Origin: an uncultured Actinomycetota bacterium
GTDB lineage: Bacteria > Actinomycetota > Actinomycetes > JAFAQI01
NCBI GenBank assembly: GCA_963770565.1
Contig: CAVYQE010000002.1
Coordinates: 608,001 to 672,000, forward strand
DNA: 64,000 nucleotides
Reading direction: 5' to 3'
Every line of letters begins with the position of its first letter. Position 1 is the stretch's first letter. Position numbers and translations under genes: made by a program. Under the pieces are notes generated by a model. The model ran no database searches. It was not told where the DNA came from and saw only the letters and a program-made list of their open reading frames with translations. Positions 59,200-64,000 of the stretch are shown here, in pieces.

Positions 59200-61407
59200 T
59201 TAGTGCGAGAACCGCACCGTCGGCAGCGCGCGGCGTAGCCACCGCGGGCTGTACCAGGCGTTGTGACCTGTCAGGCGAAGGATCACAGGCAGGATGATCA
59301 ACCGGATCGACAACGCGTCAAGGAAGACTGCCACCGCCAGGATGACGCCCATCTCCTTGGGTGCGAGCGGGCCGGACAGCGCGAATGTGAGAAAGACCGC
59401 AACCATGACGCCGGCAGCCGCGACGACTACCCGCCCCGAGGTCCGCAACGCGGTGCGCATCGCGTCGTACGGGTCGCCGGTCGCGTCGTAGTGCTCACGC
59501 GCGGCGGACAGCAAGAACAGCGTGTAGTCCATCGCGACGCCCGAGAGCATCGCTCCGAAGAACAGCGGTGCCCAGGCGTCCACAAACCCCTGCGGCTGGA
59601 AGTGAAGCAGCCCGGACAGGTGGCCGTCCTGGAAGATCAGCCGGGCGACACCGAACGCGGCTGCGATCGAGGCGAGGTTGGTGATCACACCGGCAAACGC
59701 GACAAGCGGGCTACCGAGCGCGACGAGCAGTAGCAGGAACCCGAGCAAGATCAGCAGACCGAAAACCAACGGCGTGCGTGCGCTGAGGACCTTCTGCAGG
59801 TCGTGGTTCTCGGCAGCAGCACCGCCGATCAGCGTGCCGGCCGGGAGCTCGGTACGGATCCGGTCGATGGTCGCTCCGGTCGTCGCGCTGGAAGCGTCTG
59901 TGGTTGGGACCGCAAGAAGCATCTCGTACCCGTGACTGGTGCCGCCTGGCATCACAGCAGCGATGCCTCGATCGGCGCGAAGCGCACTGGTTGCCTCGCC
60001 GACCGACGAGCTCGGCGCCACGATTTGCAGGGTGCCCGGTGCGCCAGGACCGAACGCGCTCACGACCTGTTCATAGCCGGCGCGTGCCGACTGGTCCGCG
60101 GGCACGATCGCGATACTCGGCATCCCGGTGCGCAGGCCCAGCACGGGCCAGGCGAGCATCGCGAGAAGTGCGACCACAAACGACGCGGCCAGCCAGGGAC
60201 GGCGGTGCAGCAGACCGCCCCACCGATGGAGCAGATTCTCCAGGCCGCGCGGGAGATGCGGCTCGTGGAAGTGTCGCCGTTCGAACGCCTTGATCTGCCT
60301 TCGCGCCTCGCCGAACGGGAGTGCTCCATTGTTGATCCGCGGGCCGAGTCGGCCGAGCACGGCGGGCAGCAGCGTCAGCGTCGCGGCAAGTACGGCGACA
60401 ACGGCGAGCATGATCCCGAGCGCCATACTGCGGAACGCCGGGCTGGGCACGATCAGCACGGTCGACAGCGACACGAGGACGGTCAGGCCGCTGAACGCGA
60501 CCGCCTTGCCAGCGGTTGCCATCGTCTCGCCGACGGCACCAATCGCGTCGTCGCCACCACGGCGGGCCATCGCGTGACGAAACCGTACGACGATGAACAA
60601 GGCGTAGTCGATGCCGAGCGCAAGTGCAAACATCATGGCGAAGTTCAAGGCCCAGATGCTGATCGGTGCCACCCTGGTCGCCACTACGAGAGCTCCCGCG
60701 GCGCTCAACAGCCCGACGAGGGTCAACATCAGTGGCAGGCCTGCTGCAACGAGGCTGCCGAAGGCAAGCACGAGGACGGCCAGCGTGACCGGCCAGGAAA
60801 GGATCTCTGAGCGAATCATCGCCGAGTGATTCACCTTGTTGAAGTCCGACCACAACGCGCTGTCACCGGTGAGCTCCACTGACACCGACGAACTCGACAG
60901 CTTCGACAGGGGACCGGTCAGCGCGTCTGCGGCGCGAACCATGTCATTGGCGCCGGCTGCGGCACCGGCTTGGATCACCCCGGTCCGGCCATCACGTGAG
61001 AGGCTTACACCCGCAGTCGGACCGACCACTGTGCTCACTCGAGGGTCGGCGCGCAAGAGTTTCTCGACGCGGCTCACTGCCGCTTGAGCGGCCGGGTCCG
61101 TCGCGATTGGCCGGGTCGAGTCATGAACGACAACCTGCAGTGCAGTGGCGCTCAAACCGGCGAAGTCGCGGGCGATCACCGCACGAGCCTGGACCGACTG
61201 GCTCCCGTTCGCCTGCCACCCGGCTCCCGCTAAGGACGAGTCCACCTTAGGCGCGAACGCGCCGAAGCCAACAAGAACGACCAACCAGCCGAGGAGCACG
61301 ATCCGGAAGTGAGTGGCAGCCCACACGCCCAGCCGGGCCAGCCACGCCGGGCTCGGTGTCGCTGCGGGGCTCGGCGGGGTCGTCGCGCGCGGGGCGACGG
61401 TTGTCAT
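59200..61407 (-). CDS. MMPL family RND transporter
   Basis: ALGIDYALFIVVRFR, TAGKAVAFSG, GVAMDYTLFLL, SGRVVVAAAGVM, DALSIRLIILP. Confidence 0.93.
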   Translation of the reverse strand: MTTVAPRATTPPSPAATPSPAWLARLGVWAATHFRIVLLGWLVVLVGFGAFAPKVDSSLAGAGWQANGSQSVQARAVIARDFAGLSATALQVVVHDSTRPIATDPAAQAAVSRVEKLLRADPRVSTVVGPTAGVSLSRDGRTGVIQAGAAAGANDMVRAADALTGPLSKLSSSSVSVELTGDSALWSDFNKVNHSAMIRSEILSWPVTLAVLVLAFGSLVAAGLPLMLTLVGLLSAAGALVVATRVAPISIWALNFAMMFALALGIDYALFIVVRFRHAMARRGGDDAIGAVGETMATAGKAVAFSGLTVLVSLSTVLIVPSPAFRSMALGIMLAVVAVLAATLTLLPAVLGRLGPRINNGALPFGEARRQIKAFERRHFHEPHLPRGLENLLHRWGGLLHRRPWLAASFVVALLAMLAWPVLGLRTGMPSIAIVPADQSARAGYEQVVSAFGPGAPGTLQIVAPSSSVGEATSALRADRGIAAVMPGGTSHGYEMLLAVPTTDASSATTGATIDRIRTELPAGTLIGGAAAENHDLQKVLSARTPLVFGLLILLGFLLLLVALGSPLVAFAGVITNLASIAAAFGVARLIFQDGHLSGLLHFQPQGFVDAWAPLFFGAMLSGVAMDYTLFLLSAAREHYDATGDPYDAMRTALRTSGRVVVAAAGVMVAVFLTFALSGPLAPKEMGVILAVAVFLDALSIRLIILPVILRLTGHNAWYSPRWLRRALPTVRFSH

Positions 61408-61420
61408 GGTTCTCCTTACA

Positions 61421-61436
61421 TTGCCCGGTAGGGTAT
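61421..61436. promoter_or_regulatory. Putative CsoR/CstR-family operator
   Basis: Reverse complement ATACCCTACCGGGCAA, upstream of mmpL; resembles 63175-63190. Confidence 0.55.
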
Positions 61437-61474
61437 CTGTGATCCACTAACGATCAGCTGCGTATTGAGTCCGA

Positions 61475-61744
61475 TCAGGCCAAGCTGAGAAAGAGCTTCT
61501 CCATCTGGTCCGGGCTCAACGGCTCAACCTCACCCGCGGCGGCCGCCGACATGCACTGCCGCATCCCAGAGGCGAGCAACTTGTAGCCGGCGCGGTCGAA
61601 CGCCTTGCTCACCGCGGCCATCTGGGTCACGATGTCGGCGCAGTCCCGGCCGTCCTCGAGCATCCGGATCACACCGCCGACCTGTCCCTCGATTCGGCGC
61701 AGGCGCTTGACGATCTCGTCGGTCGCGCCGTTGTCGAGCTCCAT
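61475..61744 (-). CDS. CsoR/RcnR-family repressor, CstR-like (two Cys, no metal-binding His)
   Basis: RLRRIEGQVGGVIRMLEDGRDCADIVTQ...SGMRQC...EKLFLSLA. Confidence 0.9.
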   Translation of the reverse strand: MELDNGATDEIVKRLRRIEGQVGGVIRMLEDGRDCADIVTQMAAVSKAFDRAGYKLLASGMRQCMSAAAAGEVEPLSPDQMEKLFLSLA

Positions 61745-61778
61745 GTGCATTTCCTTCCTCAGCGATGTCGATCTGACC

Positions 61779-63155
61779 TCACGTCGCGACCAACTGGCAC
61801 CACGCCGTGTAGCCACCGAGCAGATCCGAGACGTCACGGGCACCGGCGCGCGCAAGGACGCTCGACGCCACGATCGAGCGCCAACCAGTCGCGCAGTACA
61901 CGAGGATAGGTTTGTCGAGGTCGAGTTCCGCGACCCGGCTCGGCAACTCGGCCAGCGGGATCGCGACGGCGCCGGAGAGCATGCCAGCGGCACGCTCGGT
62001 GGGGTTGCGCAGGTCGACAAGTTGAAGCTCGTCGACATTGTCGATGGCGTTCAGCGCCTCGGCGACGGTCAACCGGCTCGAACGCGCAGTCTGTGCCGGG
62101 TCGGCACCCAGGAGACCGATCGGGTCGGCGACGTAGCCAATGACGTTGTCGTATCCGATCCGGGCGAGCCGCATCGCGTCACGTTGCTCCGCGCCGGTGG
62201 GACTGAGCAAGATCACCCTCGTTTCGGGTGGGAGCACGGACCCCACCGTCTCCGCGAGCCTGCCCTCGCCGCTCACGTTGACGGATCCGCTGAGATGCCC
62301 GGCGGCGTACTCCCCCGGCTCGCGGGTATCGAGCACGACGGCACCGGTCACCCGTTCTGCCTCGACGGTGGCCAGGTCCAGCGCCGGAACGGTCCGTGCG
62401 CCGTCTAGGCGTTCGTGATCCTGCCGGTTGAGCAGGGCGTTGAAGCCGAAATAGCCGGGTGCCGCCGGTTGGTCGGCGGTGACGATCGCGACGAACTGGT
62501 CCTCGGCCATCGGCCGGCATGCGTAGTTGAGAACTCGCTGCTCACCGATGGTCGACTGGCGCTCGGTCGAGAGGTTCTTGCCGCAGGCTGAGCCCGCACC
62601 GTGGGCAGGGAAAACGCGCACGGAATCGGGCAGACCCATGAGCTTGACCTGCACCGACTGGTACAGCCGGCGGGCGAGCTCGTCGGCGGTCACTCCCACC
62701 GAGGCCAGCAAGTCGGGTCTTCCGACATCGCCGATGAACAGCGCGTCGCCGGTGAGGACGCCCCACGGCACCTCGTCAACAGCATGTTCGTAGACCAGCA
62801 CGCTGATTGATTCCGGGGTGTGGCCTGGAGTCGCCATGATCTCGAGCGTCACGTCGCCGAGGTCGATCCGCTCACCATCGCGAAGGGCGCGGAACGCGAA
62901 GTCCGGCGCCGCCTCCTGACCGAAGCCGATCCAGGCACCCGTCGCAGCGGCGAGCTCCAAGTGCCCCGCGACGAAGTCGGCGTGGAAATGGGTGTCGATC
63001 ACCCCGACGATGGTCAGCCCCGCGCTGGCCGCCTCGGCGAGGTAGTCCTCGACGTCCCGACGCGGGTCGACGACGACGGCGTGACGAGACGCCTCGTCAG
63101 CGATGAGGTACGACGCCTGCGACAGGCACTCGATGTAGTGCTGCGTAAAGATCAC
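61779..63155 (-). CDS. MBL-fold persulfide dioxygenase fused to two rhodanese domains (CstB-like)
   Basis: CLSQASY, THFHADFVAGH, TPGHTPES, FIGDVGRPDL, PAHGAGSACG, YAAGHLSG, YCATGWRS, LLGGYTAW. Confidence 0.92.
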   Translation of the reverse strand: MIFTQHYIECLSQASYLIADEASRHAVVVDPRRDVEDYLAEAASAGLTIVGVIDTHFHADFVAGHLELAAATGAWIGFGQEAAPDFAFRALRDGERIDLGDVTLEIMATPGHTPESISVLVYEHAVDEVPWGVLTGDALFIGDVGRPDLLASVGVTADELARRLYQSVQVKLMGLPDSVRVFPAHGAGSACGKNLSTERQSTIGEQRVLNYACRPMAEDQFVAIVTADQPAAPGYFGFNALLNRQDHERLDGARTVPALDLATVEAERVTGAVVLDTREPGEYAAGHLSGSVNVSGEGRLAETVGSVLPPETRVILLSPTGAEQRDAMRLARIGYDNVIGYVADPIGLLGADPAQTARSSRLTVAEALNAIDNVDELQLVDLRNPTERAAGMLSGAVAIPLAELPSRVAELDLDKPILVYCATGWRSIVASSVLARAGARDVSDLLGGYTAWCQLVAT

Positions 63156-63174
63156 TTCTGCCTCCGCTGCTACC

Positions 63175-63190
63175 ATACCCCGTGAGGTAT
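63175..63190. promoter_or_regulatory. Putative CsoR/CstR-family operator in divergent promoter
   Basis: ATACCCCGTGAGGTAT (ATACC-N6-GGTAT). Confidence 0.7.
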
Positions 63191-63216
63191 ATGTTGTCGA
63201 CTCGAAGGAGCTTCTT

Positions 63217-63390
63217 GTGTGCATGCCCACTACGTGCCGTGATTGCGGCAAGACGACCTGGCGCGGCTGTGGCCAGCACGTCGACGCCGTCATGGCCGGT
63301 GTGCAAACGTCCCAACGCTGCACTTGCCCCCGGTCGACCCGCTCATCGCGGTCAGTGCTGACCCGACTGATCGGTCGGACCTCCGCGTAG
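63217..63390 (+). CDS. 57-aa Cys-rich small protein (below ORF-track cutoff)
   Basis: MCMPTTCRDCGKTTWRGCGQHVDAVMAGVQTSQRCTCPRSTRSSRSVLTRLIGRTSA; AAGGAG RBS before GTG. Confidence 0.8.
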   Translation: MCMPTTCRDCGKTTWRGCGQHVDAVMAGVQTSQRCTCPRSTRSSRSVLTRLIGRTSA

Positions 63391-63416
63391 GCGATGGCGG
63401 GCCTCGACGGAGTGTG

Positions 63417-64000
63417 CTACTCGAGCTTGAGCAACGCCATCAGCCGTTCGGCAACCTGACCGCCCGCGTCGATCGCGACGTCAACCGCATCGCTCACCCG
63501 CAGGTCGTCACGCAGCAACGAGCGGACCTCCGCCATTGTCGTGTCAGCGGCCGCGTTGGGGCGGCCGGCGGCGGACCGCAGCGCCTCGAGACGATCTGCG
63601 GCGCGCACCAGGCACGACCGGTCGTACTGCCAACTCTCAGACCACGGGCGGTCAAGCAACATGGTGCGAATGACGCCAGCCGAGTGATCCGCGAGCAGGT
63701 CGCGCACTAGCACAAGGTTTCCCACGGACTTCGCCATCTTCACGCCGTCGACATTTACCACTCCGACGCGAAACCATCGGCGCGCGTAGGGTCGCACTCC
63801 GGTCAACGCCTCACCGATCGCCGCCTCGAATGCGTGATGGGGGTAGCGCAGGTCGGCACCGCCGGCGTGGATGTCGACGCCCAGCCCGAACGTGCTGAGC
63901 ACCATCGCAGTGCACCCGGCGTGCCAGCCTGGACGGCCCGGACCCCATGGGCTGTCCCATCGCTGGTCGGCCCCGGTCGAGGCCTGCCACAAAGCAGCGT
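63417..64000 (-). CDS. Cysteinyl-tRNA synthetase/MshC-like paralog lacking anticodon-binding domain; 5' part outside window
   Basis: WDSPWGPGRPGWHAGC, DIHAGGADLRYPHHAFE, KMAKSVGNLV; stops about 100 aa after the KMSKS-like motif. Confidence 0.85.
   Translation of the reverse strand, partial: AALWQASTGADQRWDSPWGPGRPGWHAGCTAMVLSTFGLGVDIHAGGADLRYPHHAFEAAIGEALTGVRPYARRWFRVGVVNVDGVKMAKSVGNLVLVRDLLADHSAGVIRTMLLDRPWSESWQYDRSCLVRAADRLEALRSAAGRPNAAADTTMAEVRSLLRDDLRVSDAVDVAIDAGGQVAERLMALLKLE

Larger units (their letters stand above)
58384..64000. mobile_element. Integrative genomic island inserted at tRNA-Ser(GCT); extends beyond window
   Basis: Abuts truncated tRNA; direct repeats CCGATGACC x2 (58410-58428) and AACTGCAACTG x2 (58519-58541); codon use looks less GC-biased by eye; integrase not in window. 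Confidence 0.7.

Overview
High-GC actinobacterial DNA (Actinomycetota; genus not determinable). Left to right: (1) 0-16.4 kb, mostly core and catabolic genes, including a TetR-associated amine/amide-catabolism cluster (acetylpolyamine amidohydrolase-like deacylase, DmpA/S58 peptidase, CocE hydrolase, SolA-type oxidase, Rieske oxygenase, phytoene-desaturase-like flavoprotein), oligopeptidase B and PPK2. (2) 16.4-26.8 kb, a GlnA4-type gamma-glutamylation cluster extended by a GcvT-family flavoprotein, a choline/ethanolamine-kinase-like gene and an APC permease. Every gene here is broken by indels, most likely assembly error. (3) 26.9-52.5 kb, accessory regulators, SRPBCC proteins, large secreted proteins and a LuxR-AAA regulator whose two apparent target promoters share an identically spaced architecture. 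(4) tRNA-Arg(ACG), a polysaccharide deacetylase, ppc and a secreted repeat protein. (5) A lone 3' fragment of tRNA-Ser(GCT) at 58.3 kb marks the att end of an integrated island running off the window. The island carries an MMPL transporter, a CstR-like repressor, a persulfide dioxygenase-rhodanese, a 57-aa Cys-rich protein and a CysRS/MshC-like paralog. The most striking non-coding signal is a dispersed 81-bp element built from three GCAATGTSACATTGC-like palindromes at 31-bp period (three copies plus one single-core copy). No CRISPR, integrase, transposase, reverse transcriptase or defence gene was recognised. All calls are by-eye motif recognition; no searches were run.
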